DNA from: a virus | IMG/VR virus record: IMGVR_UViG_3300034988_000024 | DNA: 64,000 nucleotides | Direction: 5' to 3' (one strand) | Part shown: positions 44,008 to 53,729 of the stretch, in pieces | How the letters are laid out: the number at the start of each line of letters is the position of its first letter | How positions within the stretch are numbered: position 1 is the first letter of the stretch | Made by a program: the position numbers and the translations under genes | Notes under the pieces: model-generated | What the model saw: only the letters and a program-made list of their open reading frames with translations | Told to the model about the DNA's origin: nothing | Databases searched by the model: none

Positions 44008-44460
44008 CTACGGCCTGTATAGATTCCCGAGACGACACAGCGGACAGCGGACTTCTTTCTCCCAACCGACCTTCGTAGCGTCCTCAGGATCGAGCAGGTC
44101 GTTGCCGAGCCAGTCCATTTCATCGAATTCGGCCTGAGAGAAGGCGGCGCCACACTGGTTGCACTGAAAATCAGGGTTTGGGTTGGTTGAGTCGATCGCT
44201 TTGAGGCAAGGATCGCAGTGAGCTTTCCCAGTTTCACGGTAATCGGCGCCCATGTCGGTGCCGCACCGAAGGCATTTCGTCCAGACATGAGCGTCGTCGG
44301 GCTCGTTCATCCAGCCTTCGCCTCGACCGACCAAGACTTCGGTGAAAAAACGGGTGGTGAGCAGCGGCGACGGGCAGTTTGCTGCGTAGAAGAGCGCTCG
44401 ACGCAGGTAGGCGTTCTCTTCGCGGGCCTCGTCGAGTTGTATCAGTAGCTCACTGGACAT
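44008..44460 (-). CDS. zinc-ribbon hypothetical protein
   Basis: Several CxxC pairs (CLRCG, CDPC, CNQCG, CPLC). Confidence 0.45.
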   Translation of the reverse strand: MSSELLIQLDEAREENAYLRRALFYAANCPSPLLTTRFFTEVLVGRGEGWMNEPDDAHVWTKCLRCGTDMGADYRETGKAHCDPCLKAIDSTNPNPDFQCNQCGAAFSQAEFDEMDWLGNDLLDPEDATKVGWEKEVRCPLCRLGNLYRP

Positions 44461-44475
44461 CGAACACGATCCTTT

Positions 44476-45225
44476 CTACTCGAAGTACACCCAGACAAGG
44501 GGCCGATTCCAGATTTCGACCTCCTTACGGTCCTTCACGCCCTGCTCAGTGTCCCTGAACAGCTCGAAATACCGTTTCGCGTAGTCGAAGGTCGTCAGGT
44601 AGAGCTTTTTGTTGCCGTAGGCGAATGGGACGAGGCGTGAGTATGGATCCGCACAGTAGATATGAGCCGCTTCGGTGACTCCTGGCCATTTCGGATTGAG
44701 AAAATCGTCTAGGATGGCAACGCCACCCCACCGCATCGATTGCTCAGCGAGCTTCAAGTCGTTCAGGGCGTGCGTTTTGGTGTGTCCGCCGTCGATGCTG
44801 AGCAGACGCAATCCCGCGTGAAGGCGACATCGGTTAAAGATAATGCTTCCAATGTATTCGGATGTCACAGACAGACTGTCGTTTTGAATCAGGTGGAGGA
44901 ATTTCAGTTGGGGATCGTCTTTCAGTATCTCTCGGGCTGTTTCAGTGAAGCGACCAGCCGATGCACATCCTGATTTGTCGATATTGCGTTCCTGTTTATC
45001 GAACACGTCGATGGCGAACGAGTGCTCACCGACGTTAAAAGACTTCGCGAGGAGCGCTAGCGCGAAAAAAAACTGACCCTCATGTACGCCAATTTCGCCG
45101 ACGTGGCCGAAAATGCTGTGCTCACGTTGATAATCGTGGATGAGCTTGAGCGCAGTGAATGCCCCCTGTTCATTCCATCCGTCGATGTTAAACCAGTGCT
45201 CTCGAACGTAGGTGTCGAAATCCAT
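44476..45225 (-). CDS. class I SAM-dependent methyltransferase (TylF/CmcI/Methyltransf_24-like)
   Basis: Motif I GHVGEIGVHEGQFF; start trimmed to MDFDTY; ATGA-coupled to the pyrF-like gene. Confidence 0.6.
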   Translation of the reverse strand: MDFDTYVREHWFNIDGWNEQGAFTALKLIHDYQREHSIFGHVGEIGVHEGQFFFALALLAKSFNVGEHSFAIDVFDKQERNIDKSGCASAGRFTETAREILKDDPQLKFLHLIQNDSLSVTSEYIGSIIFNRCRLHAGLRLLSIDGGHTKTHALNDLKLAEQSMRWGGVAILDDFLNPKWPGVTEAAHIYCADPYSRLVPFAYGNKKLYLTTFDYAKRYFELFRDTEQGVKDRKEVEIWNRPLVWVYFE

Positions 45226-46004
45226 TAGAAATCTCTCTGTTCTATCGCACCCTTGATTTGAGCCACGATCATGTCCGCCGCTTCTTCTGGATTGTCGGCA
45301 TCTCGGATCGGTCGACCGACGACGATATAGTCGGAGCCCTTCATTATGGCCTCGAACGGTGTCGCCTTGCGTTTCTGGTCGTCTTTTTTGGATCCTTCGG
45401 GCCGAATACCCGGTGTGACGACCATCGGGCGCACCCAGCTCCCCAAAACGTCGGTATGTTCGAATACGTCGCTCCTGATGTCTGGAACTTCGAGTGGCGA
45501 AGCGACGATCGCGTCGCAGTTGTAGTGTGTGGCAACGCGAGCACGGGCGAGAACGCACTCCCGAGCCGTCTCGAAGTTGTCGACAGCTCGAACATCCTCA
45601 TCGCTCATGCTCGTCAGGGCTGTCACGGCGAAGATATGGATGTCTCCGGCAGCTCCAACGGCTGCTTTAAGCATCGAGGGACCGCCAGCGCAGTGCACGG
45701 TGATCGCTCGGACGCCGTGCTGAGGGTCCTGGAACTGCTTTATCGTCCTGGAGACGGTCGCAGGGATGTCGTGGAGCTTGAGATCGAGCATGATCCGCGG
45801 CGTTCCATGTCCGAGGACGTTCATGATGGACGTCAGGCCCTTTCGTCCGATGGCCGAGTTCAATTCGAGGCCAACCTTGAACAGGCCGACCTCGTTTCTG
45901 AGTGTGCCGCAGAGGTTCAGAGCGTCGCTGAGAGTCGGAACATCGAGCGCGAAGATGAGGCGGTCCTTAGGTGTGAGCTTCGGAGCCGGTTTGTTCGTCG
46001 GCAT
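45225..46004 (-). CDS. pyrF: orotidine-5'-phosphate decarboxylase (OMPdecase family)
   Basis: DRLIFALDV, LDLKLHDIP, DIHIFAVTALTS, IVVGRPI signatures; SD GGGAGGA. Confidence 0.7.
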   Translation of the reverse strand: MPTNKPAPKLTPKDRLIFALDVPTLSDALNLCGTLRNEVGLFKVGLELNSAIGRKGLTSIMNVLGHGTPRIMLDLKLHDIPATVSRTIKQFQDPQHGVRAITVHCAGGPSMLKAAVGAAGDIHIFAVTALTSMSDEDVRAVDNFETARECVLARARVATHYNCDAIVASPLEVPDIRSDVFEHTDVLGSWVRPMVVTPGIRPEGSKKDDQKRKATPFEAIMKGSDYIVVGRPIRDADNPEEAADMIVAQIKGAIEQRDF

Positions 46005-46179
46005 TGAGAATTTCCTCCCTAAATGTGTTGAGCTGTGTACGAAAACACTCTTCCGGAGTGTCTCCATCTCGCGGAATGTGCCAAAAAGCGGGGTAGCCGG
46101 TGTGGTTCCAGATGATGTAGTTCAGCTCGTCGTCCGAGAGAGCTGGAAAAACCTCGCGGGCGATATCCAAAGCGCTCAT
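45967..46179 (-). CDS. hypothetical protein (70 aa)
   Basis: ORF. Confidence 0.35.
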   Translation of the reverse strand: MSALDIAREVFPALSDDELNYIIWNHTGYPAFWHIPRDGDTPEECFRTQLNTFREEILNADEQTGSEAHT

Positions 46180-46556
46180 GATCCCTCCTGCTCCCCCCTG
46201 GTCTCTTCCCAGTACTTCTTGGACTTCGCGATGACCTCGGCTCGCTCTTGTTCGGTCATGTCGTAAGGACTCGGGAAGTCCGGATGGACGCCAGTGTCGA
46301 GTCGTTCGCCCATGGGGCCGACGACGAGCGCTTCTTCAGCGAGCCGTATTGCGCTTTCTTTGGGATATTTGTCTGGGTCTTTGAGGATGAAAAGAATCCG
46401 GCGCAGCGCCTCGCGGTACGTCTGTCTTTCCTGCCATGCTTTTCCGCACGTCTCGCAGTATTTCGCTTCGTATCCGTCATGAGGACGCCCGCATGCGAAA
46501 CATTCGTGCATCGGGTCTGTGTCCTCGTCTTTAATCTCTTCGATCTCGTCGCTCAT
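46176..46556 (-). CDS. hypothetical protein with CxxC...CxxC (start trimmed to MSDEIEE)
   Basis: ORF. Confidence 0.45.
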   Translation of the reverse strand: MSDEIEEIKDEDTDPMHECFACGRPHDGYEAKYCETCGKAWQERQTYREALRRILFILKDPDKYPKESAIRLAEEALVVGPMGERLDTGVHPDFPSPYDMTEQERAEVIAKSKKYWEETRGEQEGS

Positions 46557-46563
46557 GGTGTCC

Positions 46564-46821
46564 TCAGTTGTTCGGGTTCTTCTCCGCCTCCTGCTTGATC
46601 TCGTATTCCTCGAAGGGTTCGGTCTTGACACCGAATTCTCGTAGGTGCTTGACCAACTGGTCGCACTTTTCTTTGAGCATCTGCGCAGCCGGCTCGGTGA
46701 TGGGGTTATCTGACATTTCGTAGATGCGGATTTTTGCGAGGCCCCACACGATCTGAGCCATGCATGTTACCACCATGGTGATCCCCTCGTTGAATTCGCT
46801 CTGAGTCATCCGCTTCTTCAT
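46564..46821 (-). CDS. hypothetical protein (85 aa)
   Basis: ORF. Confidence 0.4.
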   Translation of the reverse strand: MKKRMTQSEFNEGITMVVTCMAQIVWGLAKIRIYEMSDNPITEPAAQMLKEKCDQLVKHLREFGVKTEPFEEYEIKQEAEKNPNN

Positions 46822-47342
46822 TTCATCGCAGCAAGAATATCATCCTCATCGTCGTCTTCGGTACGAATTTCCGTTGGGATACGTGCCCATAGCGCGACGT
46901 TCTCCAATTCATCGAGCGGCGTCGGCCCGCTGATCCAATTCGGGAAGACTACGAACTGTTTTCCGGCGCGGTCGTGGTAAATGACGGCGACACGAGCATC
47001 GGTCGGGTCCCCGCCGTGGTGCCCCTCTTCCCAAATGACGTAGTAGCCGCCGTTTCCGCCCGGTTTCTTTGAGGACCAGCTCAATTCTTCGGGATCGACC
47101 TCGGGGAGGGGCAGACGAGTCGCTGGTGAGTCGCAGGGCGTCGTCCCGTGAGGGTTGACGTCGATCCGGAGGAGCTTCGAGCACTCGCACTGGGTGACGA
47201 ACGGCGAATAATTGACGCCGCACCCTGGGCACGTCCATCCCTTGAGCTGTTCTGCTTGCTTGGCGCAGCAGGTTCGGCAGAAAATACCGTTTACGGGGTC
47301 TCCCGTCGTTAGCTCATTCCCGCAACCAAGACATAAACCCAT
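46818..47342 (-). CDS. zinc-ribbon hypothetical protein
   Basis: CLGCG, CRTCC, CPGCG, CEC. Confidence 0.45.
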   Translation of the reverse strand: MGLCLGCGNELTTGDPVNGIFCRTCCAKQAEQLKGWTCPGCGVNYSPFVTQCECSKLLRIDVNPHGTTPCDSPATRLPLPEVDPEELSWSSKKPGGNGGYYVIWEEGHHGGDPTDARVAVIYHDRAGKQFVVFPNWISGPTPLDELENVALWARIPTEIRTEDDDEDDILAAMK

Positions 47343-47358
47343 CTCGGGCTCCTTTCTA

Positions 47359-47676
47359 TCAAGCCGCCTTTACCTTTTTTGTCGCGCGGCCGACGAGTAG
47401 CAGGTCTTCACGGTCAAGTGAGCAGACAGGGTGAGCACTGTTCGTCCGAAGGATGAAAAGTGAGTAGTGGTCGGGGTCATTTTTTCCGAGAGGACCACGG
47501 ATGGTGAACCATTCACGTTTCATGAGGACAGCATGGGCAGTCTGTGTGCGCTCCAGCTTGTCCTTTGTGCGCTCCAGCTCCTTTTCCTTTTCAGCGAGCA
47601 GTTCCTGGACCCATTTCGGTTGCTTTGTGATGTCGTGAGTCATACCAGACCTCTCAGTAACTCTTCTGGGAAACAT
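47359..47676 (-). CDS. hypothetical protein (105 aa)
   Basis: ORF. Confidence 0.4.
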   Translation of the reverse strand: MFPRRVTERSGMTHDITKQPKWVQELLAEKEKELERTKDKLERTQTAHAVLMKREWFTIRGPLGKNDPDHYSLFILRTNSAHPVCSLDREDLLLVGRATKKVKAA

Positions 47677-47879
47677 TGTTTCGCTTCCTCGGCGAGTCGC
47701 GCTCGCTCGGGAAGGTGCTCGGAAACGCAGTGGGTGATCGAAAGCCAGCAGACGATCTCCTGGCGGCTCATTTCGATGGCGATGAGCGGCCTCAGCTCGT
47801 TATTGATGGCATCCCAATCGTTGGCCCAGCAAAGATTATCGATGCGCTCGTAGATCTTGTCCCACTCGGCGTCGGTCAT
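47640..47879 (-). CDS. hypothetical protein (79 aa)
   Basis: ORF. Confidence 0.35.
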   Translation of the reverse strand: MTDAEWDKIYERIDNLCWANDWDAINNELRPLIAIEMSRQEIVCWLSITHCVSEHLPERARLAEEAKQCFPEELLRGLV

Positions 47880-48274
47880 TACTTCGCTCTCGTCGTCTTC
47901 ATCAGGTTCTCGAAGATGTCAGCGGCGAGGAAGTTCGGGAACGTCTCTTCCTCGTTTTCTTCGTGGTAGTAGCCGCCGCAGGACTCGATCAGCTCGCGAA
48001 CCCATCCGTCTACAGGACGTTTTTCGTCCCCGTGGGGTTCCAGCCACAGATCCAGGACAGTTTCCCGTGCCCATTCCCAGAAGGTTTGGGTGAACTCCGC
48101 CTCGAAAAAGCCGGTCTCGCGAGGACCGTCCGTGATCTTGAGCCAGCCCTTACGTTCGAGAGCCCTCGCTGACGGCAAATCTTCGCCAGGGCAGTCGAAT
48201 CCGCTGTCCATCTTTCCTTGCGAGTCGTGGAGCAGCTCTTTGAGCAGCTTTTTCTGTAGTTCGGTGAGTTTCAT
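47879..48274 (-). CDS. hypothetical protein (131 aa)
   Basis: ORF. Confidence 0.45.
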   Translation of the reverse strand: MKLTELQKKLLKELLHDSQGKMDSGFDCPGEDLPSARALERKGWLKITDGPRETGFFEAEFTQTFWEWARETVLDLWLEPHGDEKRPVDGWVRELIESCGGYYHEENEEETFPNFLAADIFENLMKTTRAK

Positions 48275-51200
48275 CAGCTCGCCTTTGGAATAATGAAGTT
48301 GGTGCCACTGACCTGAGTATCGACCGTCATGACGGTTGCGGTCGAAGCGGTGGAGTTAGTGTCGAGATTGATAGTAACGAACTGAGCCCGGTCCACGATA
48401 ACGTACTGGACCTTGCGCGCGTCGGCGTAGGCCTTCGGCGGGAAGTCATTGGGCATCGGAACGACCTGCGAGGCGCGGCGCCAGCGCGTTGGGCACTTGA
48501 TCCGCATCCCGCTGCCGCACCGGACCTCTTTGATCGGTATCTTGCCGTCGACTTTCAGCATCTCCAGACCGACTTGCTCGTAGAGTCTGATGAATGTCTC
48601 GATCCGATCAGACTGACCGGGCTTGTCCTTGGACTCGATAGAGTCGAAGACGATGATGTCTTTCTTTCGCCACGTCCAGGACTGCGCGACGATGTTGTTC
48701 TCCTCGTCCTCGATGATGTAGATGGCGCCGTCAGGGCTCTTCGCTCCGTGCCAAGCACACTGCTTGGCGACGCCCATCGGATGCTGACAGCATCCCGAGT
48801 GAATTCCGGCAAACACGCCTCTGGGATCGTTCCGGGAGAGCATACGCATCGTCAGGTTCTCGTGAACGACGGCGACGTCGGGGATGGTGGTCTCCACCTC
48901 CTTTGCGTCTAGCCACTCCTGTTCCATTTCGGGGTAGCGGTCCTCGGGGACGCCGGCCTTTCCCGCCTCGACGGCGAACTCCATGCTCTGAGCGTCCTTG
49001 TAGCGCTTGCGAGCGATGGTTTCGAGGAGGAGCTTGACTGGATATTCCTTCTCGTCAGCGTCGAGGTCGTTCCATCTCCTCGCAATCGTCTCCAGGTGTT
49101 CTACGCTGGCGGTGTAGTGCTCTCTCAGGTACTTTGCGAGCCCTGGCGATTTCTGAGGGGGAAGCCAGTGCGTCGCGTCGTGGAGCGTGAGCGCGGGTTC
49201 TCGCTGGTGACACATGCGGCGGATCCAGCCATGCCAATCCTCACCGAATATGATCGACATCGCGACGCCCGCGTGGCCCATGTCCATCTCAAAATTCTGC
49301 CGGATGCCGCGCTTCTTGCGAACTTTCTCCCTGTAGTCAGCAAGCGACGTGGTTTCCAGTTCCTTCTTGTTCCTGCGAAGGTTTTTCCTCATGCGTCTCA
49401 GCGCGCTCTTGACCCGGTCTCGCATAACGATGTCGCGGAACTTTGGCTCCTTCTGCCTTGCAATCTCTTCTTCGAGTTCTCTCAACTCTCTCTCGTGTGT
49501 CGCGATCCCCTCTTCTATATTTCGAACTCTGTTGCGAGCCATATCTTGAAGATGGCTCGCGTGTTCGTCGATATACCGATCGTAGAACTCATCAGTATTG
49601 AGGCGCTTCATGACTCGGATGAGCAGCCCAAGGTCGAGGTCACAAATCGCGTCTGTGGGGATCTGAGCAATGGCCGGGTTGTCGGGGAGGCGACCGAAGA
49701 TCATCTGCCAGGCGTACCCATTGGCGGGTGCGAAGCGTTTGATGAACTCGACATCCGGTAGCGAGAGGAGCGTATCCAGCCAGTTCCAGTTCAAACGCTC
49801 CTTCGGATTTCTATGGCTATGGTTGGGAGCGTACTCTCCTCTAAGATGGTGCCCCGGATTCCGCAGAACAAGCCCACGGCTATAACGCCTGGTTGTGATG
49901 CCATAGTGGCGGCGTCGAGCAACGTATCTCCATTGGCCACGAGGACGAAAGCGCCTGAATCCTCTGCGCGTCCCTCCTCGTGGAACCTGAATAGTTCGAT
50001 GTCTGCCTCCAGGGAGCGCAAGGCGCCTTGTGGTTGTTTCCTTTGGCTGTTTTTTCTTCTTGCCACGCTCGGGAGGACAGTGCTTGGGTGCGTAGTGTTG
50101 AAATATCCAACGCAGGCGCCACTCCTGGTCACGACTCGCTTCGTGGAGGTGCCGAAAGATTCTTTTTTGGTCGCGCAGCGAGTAGTGATGAACACGCTCG
50201 ATCCAGATGAGTGACCAAATCAGCCCTGGAGATCGGTAGCGGTCTGGGATGCCTTTGAGCATCCGGATAGCTCGGCGAATGCTCGCCGGACCCCGGCGCT
50301 CATATTCGCACTGGATTAGGTAGTAAATTTTCCTCCGAGCGGTCTTGTTGAGAGTGTTCGCAGACGGCATTCCTAGAGCGAGCCACAGCTCAAAAGCCAT
50401 CGTGCGCTGAGATCCCTTGGCGTCGCCGCGTCGGTAGTAATTCTTCGCGTCCCTGATGCCAGAGTTGACGATCATGTAGAAGCGAAGAAATCGGTTGAAC
50501 AGCTTCTTGCCACTTACCCAGTCCTCGGGACGAATTCTCCTCCAGCCAGCTTTGAGCAAATGGAGAATCGCCTTGTCTCGTCGGATAACAGCCTTCTCGC
50601 GGTCTTTGAAAATCTGCTTGAAGGCGTTCAGCGCCTTCTCTGGATACTCGCTCTCGGGCTTGTTGGGGTCATAGACGTAGGTCTTCGATCGGCGCAGCTT
50701 CGTGCGAGCACCCCGTATCATTCGCCCGCTGCGCAATCTTCTGAACATAGAACGTCGCCGACCCTTGGGAAAATGCCACCAGCGCGCCGGCCTCCACTTC
50801 GGTTCGGGGAGATCCATGACGTCTGGGGCGATCGCCAGACACGCCTCGACGTACTCGTCGAGCGTCTGTCCATTGGGCGGCGCCTCCAGGTCGCTCAGGT
50901 AGGTGGGGTGCTGTTTTCCGCTGATGAGCGGAATGCCGCCATCCGGATGTGTCGACCAGAGCTTGCGCGGGAGATTCGCGGGGTCCCAGGCTGTACGGTT
51001 GTCCTCTGGTTCTTCTTTCTCCTCAGTAGGAGCGAAATACATTTCGTAGGAGTGCATCGCCTCGCCGTGCTGCTCGTATCGGTGGTCCTCGATGAGCCGC
51101 ATGTTGAGGTAGAACTCCAGCTCGTCCTGAAGTTCTTTGAACCGCTTGTAGCTCGTGGATTCGCGCATGTCGCCGCGGAGCCGAACGATGCCCATCGAAA

Positions 51201-51570
51201 TCAGCTCATTGTAGATAGCGATCCAGTCCATTTTTGGGGAGCCGGGGAGCTTCGCGCGATCCCAGACGTATCCGCGCCCATGCCCGTGGTTGGCAACGAG
51301 CATGTACCAGCTCTCGCCGTCGCTCAGGACGATCAGCTTTTCAGGAGGGACGCCGCAGTAGTGCCGTGCGACGTCATCCCAGTCTTCGCACCACTGCATG
51401 TGGTGGAAGTGCTCTGGGTAAGCGGCGCGTTCAATCTCCAGCATGCGCTGAAGAGAGATAGGGCGAGTATCGTTCATTCCCCCAACCTTAGAATGCATCA
51501 GCGATGTGCCACATGATGGCTTCTCTGATACGGACAACGCGCCCATCGGCGCAGCGAACTTTCCAGACAA
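48274..51570 (-). CDS. large hypothetical protein (1098 aa), very basic central region
   Basis: Long uninterrupted ORF; no Walker A or polymerase motif recognised. Confidence 0.65.
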   Translation of the reverse strand: MSGKFAAPMGALSVSEKPSCGTSLMHSKVGGMNDTRPISLQRMLEIERAAYPEHFHHMQWCEDWDDVARHYCGVPPEKLIVLSDGESWYMLVANHGHGRGYVWDRAKLPGSPKMDWIAIYNELISMGIVRLRGDMRESTSYKRFKELQDELEFYLNMRLIEDHRYEQHGEAMHSYEMYFAPTEEKEEPEDNRTAWDPANLPRKLWSTHPDGGIPLISGKQHPTYLSDLEAPPNGQTLDEYVEACLAIAPDVMDLPEPKWRPARWWHFPKGRRRSMFRRLRSGRMIRGARTKLRRSKTYVYDPNKPESEYPEKALNAFKQIFKDREKAVIRRDKAILHLLKAGWRRIRPEDWVSGKKLFNRFLRFYMIVNSGIRDAKNYYRRGDAKGSQRTMAFELWLALGMPSANTLNKTARRKIYYLIQCEYERRGPASIRRAIRMLKGIPDRYRSPGLIWSLIWIERVHHYSLRDQKRIFRHLHEASRDQEWRLRWIFQHYAPKHCPPERGKKKKQPKETTTRRLALPGGRHRTIQVPRGGTRRGFRRFRPRGQWRYVARRRHYGITTRRYSRGLVLRNPGHHLRGEYAPNHSHRNPKERLNWNWLDTLLSLPDVEFIKRFAPANGYAWQMIFGRLPDNPAIAQIPTDAICDLDLGLLIRVMKRLNTDEFYDRYIDEHASHLQDMARNRVRNIEEGIATHERELRELEEEIARQKEPKFRDIVMRDRVKSALRRMRKNLRRNKKELETTSLADYREKVRKKRGIRQNFEMDMGHAGVAMSIIFGEDWHGWIRRMCHQREPALTLHDATHWLPPQKSPGLAKYLREHYTASVEHLETIARRWNDLDADEKEYPVKLLLETIARKRYKDAQSMEFAVEAGKAGVPEDRYPEMEQEWLDAKEVETTIPDVAVVHENLTMRMLSRNDPRGVFAGIHSGCCQHPMGVAKQCAWHGAKSPDGAIYIIEDEENNIVAQSWTWRKKDIIVFDSIESKDKPGQSDRIETFIRLYEQVGLEMLKVDGKIPIKEVRCGSGMRIKCPTRWRRASQVVPMPNDFPPKAYADARKVQYVIVDRAQFVTINLDTNSTASTATVMTVDTQVSGTNFIIPKAS

Positions 51571-51633
51571 CGTGCTGCCAGCGCGGAGGAGGAGGGCCAG
51601 CAGGCGACCTCAAACTTGCTTTCCAACATAAAA

Positions 51634-51918
51634 TCAAGTCCTGGTGTTGCTGATGTTCCCGTAGTCCCATGGTGGCACGTCCTCTCCACGCCGGTGCATT
51701 TCGACCCTGCGACGAATCTCGTCGGCCATCTCCTTGGAGATGTTGCCACTCCGTTCGCCCTCGTCTGCGGCTTGAAGCGCGATGCACTGAGCGCAGATCT
51801 TGGTGCCGTCTCCGCGGTCCATCATGTTCTCGTCGATGTCTCCGCACTCGATGCAGGCAACTCCGAACGTCTTGAACAGCGTCATCAGCGCTTGCCTCTG
51901 CTCCCTCTCACCTTCCAC
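51634..51918 (-). CDS. small zinc-binding hypothetical protein
   Basis: CIECG...CAQC. Confidence 0.4.
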   Translation of the reverse strand: MEGEREQRQALMTLFKTFGVACIECGDIDENMMDRGDGTKICAQCIALQAADEGERSGNISKEMADEIRRRVEMHRRGEDVPPWDYGNISNTRT

Positions 51919-51930
51919 CGTCAGCTCCCT

Positions 51931-52149
51931 TCAGTCCTCTTCGTCTGATCCGTCCTCGGCGACGTAGTAGTTGTTCTCGTTCCAGGGGCACTGGTCTTTG
52001 AGCATGGCCATGCAACGGCGCACCGACCGCCCCGTCGTTCCGAAAGACGTGACCTCATGTCCGCAGCGCCCGCAGATGACGCGGACGCCTTCAACAGGCC
52101 CGTGGGCGCCTTCTAAGTCTTCGTAGTTGACCTCGCACTCGACTTTCAT
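51931..52149 (-). CDS. small zinc-ribbon hypothetical protein
   Basis: CGRCG...C...C. Confidence 0.4.
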   Translation of the reverse strand: MKVECEVNYEDLEGAHGPVEGVRVICGRCGHEVTSFGTTGRSVRRCMAMLKDQCPWNENNYYVAEDGSDEED

Positions 52150-52172
52150 GAGAAATCTCCTTCTCCTGCGGC

Positions 52173-52361
52173 CTACTGTGGAAGCTCCACCTCGAAATAC
52201 TTTTTACAGTGCGGGCACTTGTAGCCCTGGATATCGCCAGCAGGCCAGCCGTTCTTTTGCTCACCAACCTCATAGGCGTCCGGGTGCGCCCATTGCCCCT
52301 CGTGTTCTGGGTTATCACGATCGTATGGCCGTTCCTTGGTGCAAATTCGTCGTTCAGACAT
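52173..52361 (-). CDS. small hypothetical protein (CPHC)
   Basis: ORF. Confidence 0.35.
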   Translation of the reverse strand: MSERRICTKERPYDRDNPEHEGQWAHPDAYEVGEQKNGWPAGDIQGYKCPHCKKYFEVELPQ

Positions 52362-52895
52362 TCAGCCCTCCTGCGCCACCTGAGCAGCGATCGCCTGAAA
52401 GCGACGGTTGACCTCGGCCTTGACCGTCGCCTCGAAGGCGTCGTCGATGTTTTTCTTGACCGCCTTTTGAATCTCTTCGAGGAGCCTTAGGCGGGTCTTT
52501 TCGATGAGAGAAGTCCACTCCTCGCGGATTTCGGCCTTGACCGTCCTGAGGATGTCCTTCATCAGCGACTCCGCCTCCTCCTTGATGAGCTGCTTGAGCT
52601 TCTGGCACGTCGGATGCCGCTCGTCGAGGATGTACTGGTCGCGGCTGTTCCAGTGTGTCGACTTTTTCACCTTGATGGGGATTTGCGCCTGAAACTCCGC
52701 CTGGACGGCTTCCTTGATCTCGTCGAGCTTCGGCTGGAATGCCTGTGCGTTGACGAGTTTCTTCAGGTGCTTCTTCGCGAACGTCTGGACGATGCATTCG
52801 CGAATCTTGATTTCGGCCTCGTTGTCGCCACCGATGAGGCGCTCCAGCCCGGCGAGGTCCAGTAGGATACGTGTCATGGGTCTCATTCCCTTCAT
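52362..52895 (-). CDS. hypothetical Lys/Glu-rich helical protein
   Basis: ORF. Confidence 0.45.
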   Translation of the reverse strand: MKGMRPMTRILLDLAGLERLIGGDNEAEIKIRECIVQTFAKKHLKKLVNAQAFQPKLDEIKEAVQAEFQAQIPIKVKKSTHWNSRDQYILDERHPTCQKLKQLIKEEAESLMKDILRTVKAEIREEWTSLIEKTRLRLLEEIQKAVKKNIDDAFEATVKAEVNRRFQAIAAQVAQEG

Positions 52896-53014
52896 GCGAT
52901 AGTTCTGTCTCCAAGTTCTCGTGGTCCATCTGTTCGATGACCTCGGTGGAGCGCGCGACTTTGCATTTTTCAGGGAATGTGTTGGCCATGGTTCGAGTCT
53001 TTACGTAAATGGTT

Positions 53015-53728
53015 TCATCTCTTACTTCTTATTGTGTTCAGCTTCTCGACGGTGGTACCGGTTGCTTCCGCATAGCAGGCGAGGCAGAGCGGCAAGTCCT
53101 TGCCTCGCGTCTTAACGTAGGCGACCTCGGTGGCGAGCCCGTGCGACTCATCGATAGCGCAGAAGTGCCAATCATCCTGTCTGACCTTTACTTCGATGTC
53201 ATCTTTGAGGCAGCCGGCGAATGGTGTCGTGTCGTATTTTCCGGCGCGAAGAAGCTGTTTCACGATCAGGTCTTCCAGCTCTTCGCCCTCGCGAACGTGA
53301 GCCATCCTGAATGAGACATTGATCTGGACAAAGCCGTGAATGACGCGACTGCCAGTCAGGTCGCTGAGTGCTTCCTGGCGCGCTTTCTCCTTCTTGCGCA
53401 GCTCCTCGATGTCAACCTCCTCTACTTTCTTGGCGTTCTTGAGGAGTCGTTTGGTACGCGTCTCATCTGCGTACCAACATTCTTGGCCGTAGATGATGAG
53501 GCCGTCCTTTTCGAGGCAAAACTTTTCCTGTCGGCTTTCGCTCTTGGCCCTCGTGGATCGACCGAGGTTGACATTGCTGCCATCGAACTCACCGGCGACG
53601 GCAAGGCGTTCGATGGCAGCCTCGGAAAGCTCTTGGTCCCCGTGAAACCGAGCATATCCGAGAAAGCGCGCGATCTCTGAGTTGTAACTGAAGAATATAC
53701 CGACTCGTTTGTCGCGTTTGAGTTTCAT
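53015..53728 (-). CDS. hypothetical protein (start trimmed to MKLKRDK)
   Basis: ORF. Confidence 0.45.
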   Translation of the reverse strand: MKLKRDKRVGIFFSYNSEIARFLGYARFHGDQELSEAAIERLAVAGEFDGSNVNLGRSTRAKSESRQEKFCLEKDGLIIYGQECWYADETRTKRLLKNAKKVEEVDIEELRKKEKARQEALSDLTGSRVIHGFVQINVSFRMAHVREGEELEDLIVKQLLRAGKYDTTPFAGCLKDDIEVKVRQDDWHFCAIDESHGLATEVAYVKTRGKDLPLCLACYAEATGTTVEKLNTIRSKR

Positions 53729-53729
53729 C

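Noticed and set aside
50560-51516. 318-aa plus-strand ORF inside the 1098-aa minus-strand gene
   Set aside because: Antisense shadow ORF with no RBS and Arg/Leu-rich composition; the 1098-aa frame is far longer and is flanked by coupled genes.
52354-52989. 211-aa minus-strand ORF overlapping 52362-52895 in another frame
   Set aside because: Arg/Gly/Pro-rich frame-shadow; the overlapping Lys/Glu-rich helical frame is the more plausible coding frame.
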